Positions 1 to 10,833 of a stretch of DNA of 59,395 nucleotides are shown piece by piece. This DNA is from Octopus bimaculoides. Its lineage: Eukaryota. A program made the translations under genes and the position numbers. The notes under the pieces are model-generated. The model worked only from the letters and a program-made list of their open reading frames with translations, did not search any database and had not been told where the DNA came from. The stretch covers positions 61,843,436-61,902,830 of the forward strand of contig NC_068992.1 in NCBI RefSeq assembly GCF_001194135.2, written 5' to 3'. The stretch's first letter is position 1; each line of letters begins with the position of its first letter.

Positions 1-316
1 CTTACCCACTCCGATACGACCTACAAGTTTAAACAGATGCAATTTCCCATCAAACTGCTTTCCCATGACAATCAACAAGGCGCAGGGACAACCAGTGCAA
101 GTGGTTGGTTTGAATCTGACAGATCAAGTATTCTCACACGCACACGTAAGTCCAGTCTTGCTTTGCTCTCCTTACTAACTCACCATGACATTCTTTTTTT
201 TCTACCAAGATCCGTCACCCAAACACCACTTCGTATCCACTTCTTCCTCTTTTTAATGTCTTCGTTTCTCTCTTCGCATCGCTCTCTGACCGGGTGAAAC
301 CGGGCTTAGCTGCTAG
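1..316 (+). mobile_element. Helitron 3' remnant (PIF1-like helicase C-terminal motif plus 3' terminus)
   Basis: Frameshifted translation of 20-150 gives FKQMQFPIKL/FPMTINKAQGQPVQVVGLNLTDQVFSH, matching the Helitron helicase motif QFPxxLxFAMTINKxQGQ...GL...FSHGQLYVA. It ends in CCGGGTGAAACCGGG followed by CTAG|T at 313-317. Confidence 0.85.
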
Positions 317-419
317 TAAACCAATAAAAACAACACAGTTAAAATTTGGCTAACTCACAGTTTACTGCCATAAACTAGTGAAAGTAAATTGTGCTAAAAA
401 AAATGAAAGTAAATTGCGA

Positions 420-720
420 TTGAAAGCGGGAGTGATGACAGTGATATACCAGAATTTCATAAAACACGTTGGATATCTGATGAATGGGCTTCCTAAGTGG
501 ATCTCGGTAACTTCTATACTCATGAAGTTGTCAACCATTCATCCAATTTTGTTGATCCAGAAAAGGGAGATATAAGCTCGCCAATAAATAAATAAATAAA
601 TTTCGATAACGAATTTGGATTAGTGATGATTTACTTACATCATTTTTACGAGCATGCGTAACGAAGGGAATTTGGAAATCGTAAGAACTATTCACGAATT
701 TTATTTCTCTATTAATCCAT
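420..720 (+). pseudogene. Decayed Merlin/IS1595-type transposase, C-terminal half
   Basis: Translates to ..WISDEWAS*VDLGNFYTHEVVNHSSNFVDPEKG.. then ..DDLLTSFL/EHA*RREFG.., the ISXO2-like SDxW..VNHS.NFVDP..YL.EF.WR motifs, with stops and frameshifts. Confidence 0.8.
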
Positions 721-3700
721 CTCTCAAAAATCGCTTGGCCTTTTAAAGTTCCGAATCTTCTGAACCTTTGAACTTAGAAAAAAAAAAAAAAAAAAAAAAC
801 TTTCTGCGTTTTCTCAAACGAACATCACTCTTCATATAAATATATTTATATTAATACCGCAATATCTCGTCATCGTTTCATTTTCATTTCATTTTCTGAT
901 TTTTTTCTTTTTTTTTAAGATAGTTTTTTGATATTTTTACCTTTTCGTTTTTCAGTTTCTCAATTTTTCATTTTGTCAGTTCTCCACGGCTTTCTCATCA
1001 TTGCTCTTTTCTACCATCGTTCACCCTTAGCCTTTGGTTTCCCCTCGATAAACCGCTAAACCCCTCCTCCTTTTACCTGTTCATTCTTTCCTCTTATCTC
1101 AGCTTTACTTCTCTTAGCATAGCACCCATTTTCACCATCCTACTACGGCGTCACCCCATGACATCTCTTTGTACTTATTTCATATATCAATGACTTGTGT
1201 TTTCCCGTAAATGTGACTGTTTTCATCTTACGTAAAATATATGTACGGTTATCATGTTTTTGATTTAGCACCAGTGTGTGACACCAAATGTCTCCTACTA
1301 TAGGCCCGTGTGTACTTTTGTGTGTGTGTGTGTGTGTGTGCTGTTGTGTGTTTGTGCTCGTCCAAAACCTGAATGGGTACCATTGCAAAGAGATTTTCTC
1401 TTTTGAGCAAGAAACAAGAAATTTTATTTCACCTCACCCATCTTTCTCTCTCACACTATACACACACAATCTTACACGCGCACGCGTGTGTGTATGTATT
1501 CAAGTCCCCACAAAAAAAACAAAAAAACATATACATACAATCATGAACATAAATACAAAAACCTCAACCAAACGACTTGAACTTTTAACCATTAACGATT
1601 GTAGCCAAAATGTTGGCACTCCGTCGGTTACGACGTCGAGGGTTCCAGTTTCGGACTCTCTCAACATCATTAACAAAAACTATGCTTACCAATTTTTGTT
1701 TCTAAAGATGACGCAACAACAGTACAAAATGATGAAGCAATACTTGCAGTGTAATGATTTCAAGCACGTAGGGAGAAAATATCGAGAAATCAGGATTTAC
1801 TCATTTTAACCTAGTTTCTAATTCCCCTCTCTCCCCTTTTACGGATGTGTTTAAAATATCAGTTAATGTTATTGTTTTGAGCAGTATTAATGGTTATTGG
1901 TATATTTTTGCAGCTATACGAATGAGGAATTTCTTAATTTAATCTAATTTTAATTTAATATTCTTATTTTAAAACTTTGCAGTCCTTATTTATTTTTACA
2001 TTAAGCATTATAAAATTTTAATAAGGTGATCTTAAAGTGAGCGTATAGCACATCGAACATTGCTTGATAAAAACTTACACTTGCAGAAGTGTAACTTCTT
2101 CATTATTCGTCAAATTACTCTAGTTGAGACATGCACGACAAGCGAGGTCATTCTGCACAAGCTATTCATCATACACAATATATGCCGCTTTTTATATTGT
2201 GGAATATTTATTAGTACAAGGAAGAAAATACGGTGGAGTTTCGGATCTGGACGCCCACATAAGTTAAATTTTCTCCGTTTTGATGGGATTTTCCCAATAT
2301 TCTCTCGCCATGACTTTCGAAAAGTGGGAATGGGCGGGGCATCTTTTTATGAAAAATAATTTCTGAAAATTCATGATCCTTTTCACCTCTTATCCACCGT
2401 GCACTCCTTCTGATAGATTTTGACCAATTCTTTTGGCATTAAAATCTATGTGAGGTAACCTTGGTTTTCTTTTTATGTTTTCCGTTGCCCTTAACGTTTG
2501 TCTGTTACATAGAAGCGAGATAACTCTGGATTTTATTTATTGACTCACGTCCCTTGGTTACTATTTACACGTAATGAAATGCAATGTGGCTCATTGGTCA
2601 AACTGGGAAAAGACAAAAACAACGAACGAAGTGGGACTGAGTGATAGTCACAGACGCTGAAAGTGGGTTAAAAACATTCAAAAGTTTTTTTCTTTCTGAA
2701 GTCACGGGTATTTTAATCACAATAAATCTGCAAATTTGCATCGCAAAGTGTATTCAGTTAATCAGTTTCATACGCACGAGAGAGAGAGAACGTGAGGGAA
2801 GTTGTTTATTGAACGGAACAGCGAAAAGTGCTGTTTGTTTACTATGCTTTGTTTTTGCAAACTTCACATTAGCTGTCAGTTAACGCATGCGCTTTAGTGA
2901 ATTAATTGTCGTCTGCTTACTGAGAACTTATAAAATATGTCCAACAAATGATGTAAAACTAGCAAGAGAAAGGTAAGGTGTTCTTATAGTTTTTTTTCTT
3001 TCTTTTCAAATAACCGTATTGAGATTTGTTATAAATCCACTAAAGTAGTGAAACAATAATACAGATAATGTCTTTGATTTTGCTCTTAACATAAAATGAA
3101 ATCACAAAGTAGAAGACGTGAGAATATAGAATCTTTCAGAAACGCTGTATCTTGAGATTGTACATTTAATATTACTTATATAGAATTTTATACCATTTCA
3201 CGGTTCTTATGGTTCAGAAAAATATACATTTTTATCTTACAGTTTTCAAAATAATCGTTGAGTTTTCACAGGATACTAGTAGTTTAATAATTACCTATCA
3301 TATGATAGTCTTCATTATAGGGAGGTGTGTGTGCTCAATGTGGAGTTTCTACTGTAGTTTTGACTTTGAAACAAAATATATTTTTTACAAATGTTCACTA
3401 CCTTAGAAAAAGTATATCAGCTAAGTGAATGACCTTTCCTCTATGCATTAGGAGCATTATAACAGAATGTGACTATTATTTCTGAAATTTCATTCCCATT
3501 TTCTTTGAGCCCCTAAAAGACAAACTTGGCTGTGGCAGAATGAATAAGACAATGCGTATAAGACAAGCTCATACGCATCAATATCCATCTCTAGACATCA
3601 GAAAGAAATGTAAAACAAAAAATAAAAATATTTAAGTTAAATGAAAGGGAATCAAGGAAAAATGGCACATGATATGAAATTAAGGAAACACGACTAAATT

Positions 3701-6459
3701 AAAAACAAAAATCTGTATAACATCTCCTCTATAGCTTTTACACGATTTTCTGCGCGATATATTTACACACAATGCAGTTAGAGAGAAGAGGAAAATAGAT
3801 ATTATTCATTTTACTTCGGTTTTAACTTCATTTTTTTAAAACTTGAAAATGATCAAATTAGACATTTGTGTCGCCAAAATATTGATTGGATTCCAACAGA
3901 GAATAGAATATTGATTGTTGAACACCAGATATTTTATTAGAAACCTCAGTTACAATCGGGCCGATTTTGAAGAAAAATTTCTTGCAAGAAGAGTACCTGT
4001 TAGCTGACTACGTTTCGGACTCTCTCAACTCCAATAACAAAAACTATGCTGACCAATTTTTATTTCTAAAGATGACGCAACAGTACAAAATAATGAAGCA
4101 ATACTTGCAGTGTAATGATTTCGGACATGTAGAGAGAAAATATCAAGAAATCAGAAGTTATTCGTTTTGTGTACAACACATCTAACATTGTTTTATACAA
4201 ACTTACGCTAGAAGTGTACCTTCCTTATTATTTATTAAACAACTCTAATCGAAATACACACGACAAGCAAGGTAATTCTGCATCGACTATTGACCATACA
4301 CTACGTATACCACTTTTTAAATTGTGAAATATTCAATAGCTAATAGCAGAAGGAAGAAAATACGGCGGAGTTTCGAATTTGGACGACAAGTAAGTTAGAT
4401 ATTCTCCGATTTGACGGGAATTTTTCGAATTTTCTTCGCCATGACTTTCGAATATTATACCGTACATAGACACTGTGGAGATTTGGAATAATTCTTAGAA
4501 GATATTTAGGTGCTTTTCTTGTATCCCATACATTTATAAGTGACCACTCATTAAAACATGTAAACATAAAAACAAAACTGATATAAGCAATTTAAGGCCA
4601 ACAATTTTGATTCTTAATCACTGGATTTTAGTTTGAATTTCTTCAGAGAAAGACAGGTTAAACAATGCCATTTTAGGCTTAACTTAATGTGCTGGTTGAA
4701 AATCATAAAAAAAATTCTGGGTTCGTTACATTCGACTAAAAGTTCTTCAAGATGGTGCCCCAGCATGGTCGCAACAAGTAAAAAGAAAAAAAAATTCTGG
4801 GGTCGATACGGTCAACTAAAAATTCTTCAAGGTGGTGCCCCAACACGGCCTCGGTCTCATGCCTGAAGCAAGTAAAAAATGAAAAAAACCAAAACTAATC
4901 GAAAAATATAACCGTGGAGCTTTTGTCCACTTTTGCACTTTAACTATGGTGCTTTTGTCCTACACTCGGCGAAAACATTAGCACGCCGGACAAAATGCTT
5001 AGTGGTGTTTCGTCCGTTTTTACCTTCTGAGTTCAAATTCTGACAAGGTTGACTATCTGTTCGGTGTCGATGAAAGAAGTTCCAGTAAAGTACTGAGGTC
5101 GATAAAAGCGACGAGTCCCCTTCCCCAAAATATTAGGCCTTGTATCAAAGGTGAAATATTAGTCCTGCAATGTGGTAAAATCGTACCAGACAAAACGTTT
5201 AGGAGCATTTCATTCAGTTTTTCATGTTCTGAGTTCAAATGTCGATAAAACAAGTGCTCAATGTCTGTAACTGATGTACTTGACTAGCCCTCCCTAAAAT
5301 ACAGCAGACCTTGTACCTATAGTGAAGAGGATTGTTAATCCCACAGATATAGGCACCCAAAACCAAAGATCACTTTTATTTTTTCTCAATAAATAGAAGC
5401 GAATGGGTTTCTACCTCAAATTGTTAAATGGTGATGTGAAAACCTGTCGCTTAAAGTTCGCTTCGTAGATAGAGATGCTTCACTATTGTTACTCATACTT
5501 AGTGCCACCTTACAACGGCAGGCATCCAATGATCCTATGAAGTCTTAATATACTGTGATAGTTGACTCTCGGGCACTGCTTTTACCCAGGGGGGTTACAA
5601 TGTGGTAAACTTTCGATCTTTGTACATAGAAAGTGTCAAACTATAAACCGAAGTAAACAGAAACGAAATTAAAACGATAAAGAAATAATCATGATATCTC
5701 GAATTTGAGGCTCCGAAAAGAAAAAAAAATTAATTTCATCCCCCTACAACCTCTTTTTTTACCTTCAGGGTTACATTTCTTCAAAGAGCAAAGATTCTTT
5801 TCTACTCTAGGCACAAGGCCCCAAAGTTTTAGGGAGGTGGAGCAGTCGATTAGATCGACCCCGAAAGGATGAAAGGCAAAGTCGATCTCGGCGGAATTTG
5901 AACATAGAACGTAAAGAGCAAAGATTGCAATAATCCAAAGTTTGAAATAATGTAAATTGATATGAATGAATAAATAAATAAACTATTTTCTGCTTTGGTC
6001 TTTCTTTTTTCATTCTTTTTTTCCGTCGCTCTTCCAGTTTATCTTTTACAGCGAAGAGAGATAACTCTGATCTCCATTTTCATTTATCTCCCTTGGTTAC
6101 TATTAACCTTCTCCGCTGCAATTTTTTCCCCACGAGAGTTCCGGACCTCAACAATGAACTCATTTGCATATAGCCAATTGGAGCAGAGTCACCTTTATCC
6201 TTTCTAGTCAGGACCGTGTATTCTTTACTCTTTCCCCCCTCTACTGGCAGACAGCAACGTCTCCGTCTAGGTTAATGTTTCTTTCTTTTTGTCCTTGAGC
6301 ATTGAGATGGCTGTGAGGTGTGCTAAAAATAACAGCTAAATAAGATATTTTGGATAAGTCTTTTAAATTAAAGTTTATTTATAAAACCTTCAAGCAGTTT
6401 CTGTACTTTCATATTCATCCAAAACATTATCTTTGATTGCCATAGTAATTCAAACCTAC

Positions 6460-6537
6460 CATTAACAAGCGTATGTGTTCAGTATCGATGATATTGGCTT
6501 CTGAATACAATACAAGATTCGCATTGGAGGTCGCCAT
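6460..6537 (-). CDS. Probable first coding exon of an unidentified gene running leftwards (MATSNANLVLYSEANIIDTEHIRLLM, phase-0 donor)
   Basis: CAAAATGGCG start context, 26 open codons ending exactly at an ATG|GTAGGT donor, and promoter motifs immediately upstream. No homologue recognised. Confidence 0.55.
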
Positions 6538-6840
6538 TTTGAATGCCAACATTTGTTAACTTGGTACGGTGAAGGTGAGATCTGATTGGCTTGTATGCAA
6601 ATGAGTACTTTACTGGTGTCTGAAACTCTCGTGGGAAAAAAAAAAATTTGCTTCCCCACTCTGTTAAAAATATACGTTTACTACTGTTGTCTTTTACGCA
6701 CCGCCTTGAATGGTTTAGTCAAACAAATCGATCACAAAGCTTATTTTTAAGCCTAGTACTTATTCTATCCAGCTTCTCATTTGCCAAACGTCTTAGTTAC
6801 AGAGACGTAAACAAACACAGGTTGCCAAACGCTGATTGGA
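6530..6840 (-). promoter_or_regulatory. Putative core promoter: YY1-like CAAAATGGCG, two CCAATCAG boxes, octamer ATGCAAAT, TCTCGCGAGA-like motif
   Basis: Plus-strand ATTGG at 6585-6589 and 6835-6839 (CCAATCAG on -), ATGCAAAT at 6595-6602, TCTCGTGGGA at 6627-6636, in non-repetitive DNA next to the candidate exon. Confidence 0.5.
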
Positions 6841-7134
6841 GAAAAACACACACAACACATTGTGTCTGTGGCTATGTTGGTATATATATGTATAAGGGTA
6901 GAAAATTTAGCGAAATATTTTACCGGTGGCCAGTATGCATAATAAAGTCAATAGACAACATATTTTTCATATAAATCAGTGTACGTTTTTATACACAAAA
7001 GAGGTGACCTTTACAGGACATCTCACATGCTGGAAAGAGCAGTTAAAGCCCAAGGGTATATGTTCTGTAAAGCATAAATCAAAAAAAGCAGCACAAGTAT
7101 ATAATATAAATAAAGTTCAATAAGGCCGGTTTAT

Positions 7135-7200
7135 GGGATAACTCTGGGTTTCGTTTCCCGTCCATGAAGTGCTTAGCTTCACAGCGTATCGTCAGATCCC
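7135..7200 (-). ncRNA. Type I hammerhead-ribozyme-like motif
   Basis: Minus strand: GGGAT-CTGACGA-[stem II TGTGAAG/CTTCATG]-GAAAC..GTT-ATCCC. Helix I is perfectly paired, the core is intact and the triplet is GUU; the base of helix II is irregular. Confidence 0.45.
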
Positions 7201-7892
7201 AAAACCTGTTGGCTTAAGACTTCTGTAGTGAGTGGGCTCTCTGGAATATGGAGAAAAAGACCTCACTACTCAATGTCAACAACTGGGGATTGTCTCTCTT
7301 TGGCTGTCGATTGCCAGTGACCCTGTTATCTTGTGGGTTCCAATAGGCCAGCAGGAATTTCCTGAAATGCAAGCACAGTTTGAAGACCTCTGTTCCGGAG
7401 TTAAAGATGTTTTTTTTCTTTTTAGGAAGATGTTTATAAATCTATATTTTGGTTTGCAATTAATGTGTGTTGTTGTAGTTGTTAGAGGCAATCTTTAAAT
7501 TAGTTTTATATTTAATTCCAGTAGTCTTTCTTCCACTGGCCTTTTCCATTCTTTTGCCTGTCTCTACCACAAAATTTCAGTTTGTTTTTAGATTTATTCC
7601 ATTCAGAATTGTGTAGACAAAACAGATAAATTTCTACATTGAATCCACTGGCATAACTATAGATGTGTGCTCCACTCACACCACCACTGTTGCTGCTACC
7701 ACCACCACAGGGGATATTTTTCAGATGGTGTAGATTATGATTATGTCAGAATTTGATTTGAAAAAACTGAGTGAGGATGACTCAAATAATTCACACACCT
7801 CGACTTTGTTTCCTCATATCTTTTGATGAGACTGTCAGAATTAGCCACCTCCATCATCAAAACATTTTTTTTGTACATCAAATTCCAATATA

Positions 7893-8190
7893 TAGGTACC
7901 AAATCTCTTATCCGGAATCCAGATATTTTTGAAATTGGCTAGCTTTGAATTTCGTGGGCTGCAGTAGTTCGCCTATACATTATATGTAGTGCAGTATTCT
8001 ATATTTAAGTTTTAAGTAGCTTAATAAGGAACAGACCCTGCTTTACAAATTTATTAATTAGTATATGTTATACAGTTTTGTTCTTTACTTTCTGTTGTTT
8101 ATTTTATATTTTCGGTATATATTTAGCCTGTGTCCAGAAATCTAGACCACCTCTGGTCCCAAGGTTGCCGGATAAGAGATTCAGTACCTG
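7893..8190. mobile_element. pogo/Tigger-like MITE
   Basis: Imperfect ~28-bp TIRs (TAGGTACCAAATCTCTTATCCGGAATCC / GGTTGCCGGATAAGAGATTCAGTACCTG), with TA on both flanks. Confidence 0.7.
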
Positions 8191-8711
8191 TACTCAAAAT
8201 GTACACCAACTAGAAAATCTCATGATGAAAATATACATTTTTGCCAAAGGTTATGAAGAAACAAAGTCAGGGTGGGGCACACTTGTGTAGATATGCCAAT
8301 CCACCTCTAAATAGTCAGGAATCTGTCAGCTGGCAGAAACGTTAGTATGAGTTCAAATTCCGTCGTGGTCGACTTTGCCTTTCATCCTTTCGCGGCCGAC
8401 AAATCAAGTGCCAGTTGCATACTGGGGTAGATCTAATCGACTAGCCCACTCCCCAAAGATTTCGGGCCTTGTGCCTAGAGTAAAAAAAAAAAAAAAAAAT
8501 TAACCAGTGCAAAAACAACTAGTGGTCAGTAGAGACAGCTGAAAACTACTGTTAAAGTGTGTGTGGTGGTGGGGAGCACAATAGCAAAAGTGACAGATGG
8601 AAATTACTGATGGGGAAACAATGAAGATAAATGAAAAGTTCTTTTATGAGAAAGTGTTAAACAACAACATTACCCATTCATACATACACAAAAATACATA
8701 CATATTGTACC

Positions 8712-9066
8712 AGCCATGGTTGCGTAGTAAGAAGCATGCTTCCCATCCACATGGCTCTGAGTTCAGTTCCACTGTGTGGCACCTTGGACAAGTAAGTGTC
8801 TTCTACTATAGCCTCAGGTTGACAAAAGTCTTGTGAGTGAATTTTCATAGATGGAAACAGAAAGAAGTCCATCCTGTGTGTGTGTGTATGTATGTGCGTG
8901 TGTCTGTGTTTGCCTACCACCTCGTAACCTAGTAGTTCAGAAAAAGAGAATGATAGAATGAGTAACAGACTTAAAAGCAAAAGTACTGGGGTCGATTCAT
9001 TTGACTAAAAATTCTTCAAGGCGGTGCCCCAGCAAGGCCGCAGTCTTACGACTGAAACAAGTAAAA
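8712..9066 (+). mobile_element. tRNA-derived SINE, long family with central microsatellite
   Basis: Head with GAGTTCAGTTCC B-box-like motif and tail ending ATGACTGAAACAAGTAAAAGA-like sequence; many homologous copies in the window. Confidence 0.8.
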
Positions 9067-9070
9067 GATA

Positions 9071-9385
9071 CATATACATGCACAAAAATGCATAAATGCA
9101 CACAAACATATACATGCACAAAAATGCATAAATGCACACAAACATATACATGCACAAAAATGCATAAATGCACACAAACATATACATGCACAAAAATGCA
9201 TAAATGCACACAAACATATACATGCACAAAAATGCATAAATGCACACAAACATATACATGCACAAAAATGCATAAATGCACACAAACATATACATGCACA
9301 CAAATGCATAAATGCACACAAACATATACATGCACAAAAATGCATAAATGCACACAAACATATACATGTACAAAAATACATACAT
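9071..9385. repeat. 36-bp minisatellite, about 8.5 copies, at the SINE tail
   Basis: Unit CATATACATGCACAAAAATGCATAAATGCACACAAA, near-identical copies. Confidence 0.95.
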
Positions 9386-9671
9386 ACTCGCATATTAAGC
9401 AAATCGTACAGAAATAAGTAATTTTCATTTTATTGAGAAAAAAAATTGATGTGAGGGACTAATCTCAATCGCTGATTAGTAGACTGGGTAGATAGCGAGA
9501 ACGTGTGTGTGTCTTTGACTGCTCAGATCAAAGACAATGTCGGCCTCACCAGCAAACACCAATACATGTGTTTGTATTGAAAGAATGAAAGTATTCAATA
9601 ACAAAATTATTTACATTCTTGATTTTTTCATCTTCAAAAAAAAAAAAGCAAGCTTTTCATCACTAAAATCA

Positions 9672-10613
9672 TTACACAGGATAATAGTGCCGAACCCAGT
9701 AGATAAATGACATAAATGTATTATCTTTGTGAACACGACGCCAACTGAATTCTTGTAAGTAAGTCGAGAAGAGATTATCAGAAAGTCCATACAAATGTTT
9801 ATATCTATTTTTCACGTTATTCCACGTCCCTTCTATCTTGTTTCTGTTGAGTTTTTCATCTTTGGGATCGATAAACTGAAGATTGCGATCAGCTGATTCT
9901 TGAAGTTTTTCATAGGAATGACAACCATCCGTTACTATGCAGGTGCCTGGTAACACATGTTCAAGGATGATAGGTAACAAAGTGGCACCACTTTGATCAG
10001 GGACAGGGACAAGGACGGAATTAAGACTGTGGCGCTCCACCATCCCAAGAATCAAGTGGCCTTCCTTATAATGACCACGATGATATTGGCGGTGCATAAA
10101 TTTTGACTCGGCAATATCTACCTTCACTCCTTCTCCTCCAATCTTTATAGGATGATCAATGCACCACATGGCACAGACATCACGAAAATAGTTATACCAA
10201 TTAACTATGGCCTCTGTACCAACACCGACCTGATTCATAACAACAGACTGCGTGGACTCAATTGACGTCCACCAATAAATAAGTTCAAGATGGCGGGTTA
10301 GACGGATAGAAGACTTAGAAAAGAAAGAATCATTCCTAATACTACGATGAGATTTGCACATAGAACAGTACCAAACTTTCCCGTCTGAACATTGTTTACG
10401 AGTCACAAAAGTCATGTGCTGAGTACAACATACCACTGAATTGTGAAGTAAACCGACCGATGCAAGGAACTTAATTGTACAATCAATATTCTTAGTTACC
10501 TGTTGAATATCGTGTAGAGTATATTCCTTTTTAATTAGATCTTCTTTATTAATGATCTCGTCCACGATTTTTACCCGAATTTTCGGTTTCTTACGTTCAC
10601 ATATTTCAGTCAT
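9672..10613 (-). CDS. Merlin/IS1595 (ISXO2-like) transposase-derived protein, 313 aa, first catalytic Asp replaced by Ala
   Basis: Uninterrupted ORF with a Zn-ribbon-like region (CCTQHM..CSDG.VWYCSMC..RSIR.DSFF), IGGEG.KVDIAESKF, LLPIILEHVLPGTCIVTDG, IEGTW and YLQEFSWRR. Splice acceptor TTTTGTATTTTCCATTATTTCAG ends at 10669; AATAAA lies at 9434-9429 (-). Confidence 0.85.
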   Translation of the reverse strand: MTEICERKKPKIRVKIVDEIINKEDLIKKEYTLHDIQQVTKNIDCTIKFLASVGLLHNSVVCCTQHMTFVTRKQCSDGKVWYCSMCKSHRSIRNDSFFSKSSIRLTRHLELIYWWTSIESTQSVVMNQVGVGTEAIVNWYNYFRDVCAMWCIDHPIKIGGEGVKVDIAESKFMHRQYHRGHYKEGHLILGMVERHSLNSVLVPVPDQSGATLLPIILEHVLPGTCIVTDGCHSYEKLQESADRNLQFIDPKDEKLNRNKIEGTWNNVKNRYKHLYGLSDNLFSTYLQEFSWRRVHKDNTFMSFIYWVRHYYPV

Positions 10614-10795
10614 AATTAAAACACTTTCTACGAACTTCTCGGAGAAGCGGCGTACTTGAAACTGATAACTGAAATAATGGAAAATACAAAACCTCGAATT
10701 GCCGAAACGAATAAGTATGCGTTTCAAAATTAGTAAATCATTACCTCTAGCTTTTTAGTTAGCGAAGAAATTGCATAATTTATATACATACGTAC

Positions 10796-10833
<38 letters not shown>

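Noticed and set aside
1-120. CTTAC at 1-5 as a minus-strand donor for an exon
   Set aside because: The same bases are explained by plus-strand Helitron helicase sequence.
8997-9428. Four overlapping 118-143 aa ORFs with 12-aa repeats; CRISPR-like regularity
   Set aside because: They arise from a stop-free 36-bp minisatellite with no unique spacers, so this is neither coding nor CRISPR.
9672-10727. IS1595 similarity read as bacterial contamination or HGT; 351-aa start at 10727
   Set aside because: Merlin is the established eukaryotic IS1016/IS1595 relative and the flanks are host SINE and microsatellite DNA. The extension beyond 10668 looks intronic (polypyrimidine tract and acceptor).
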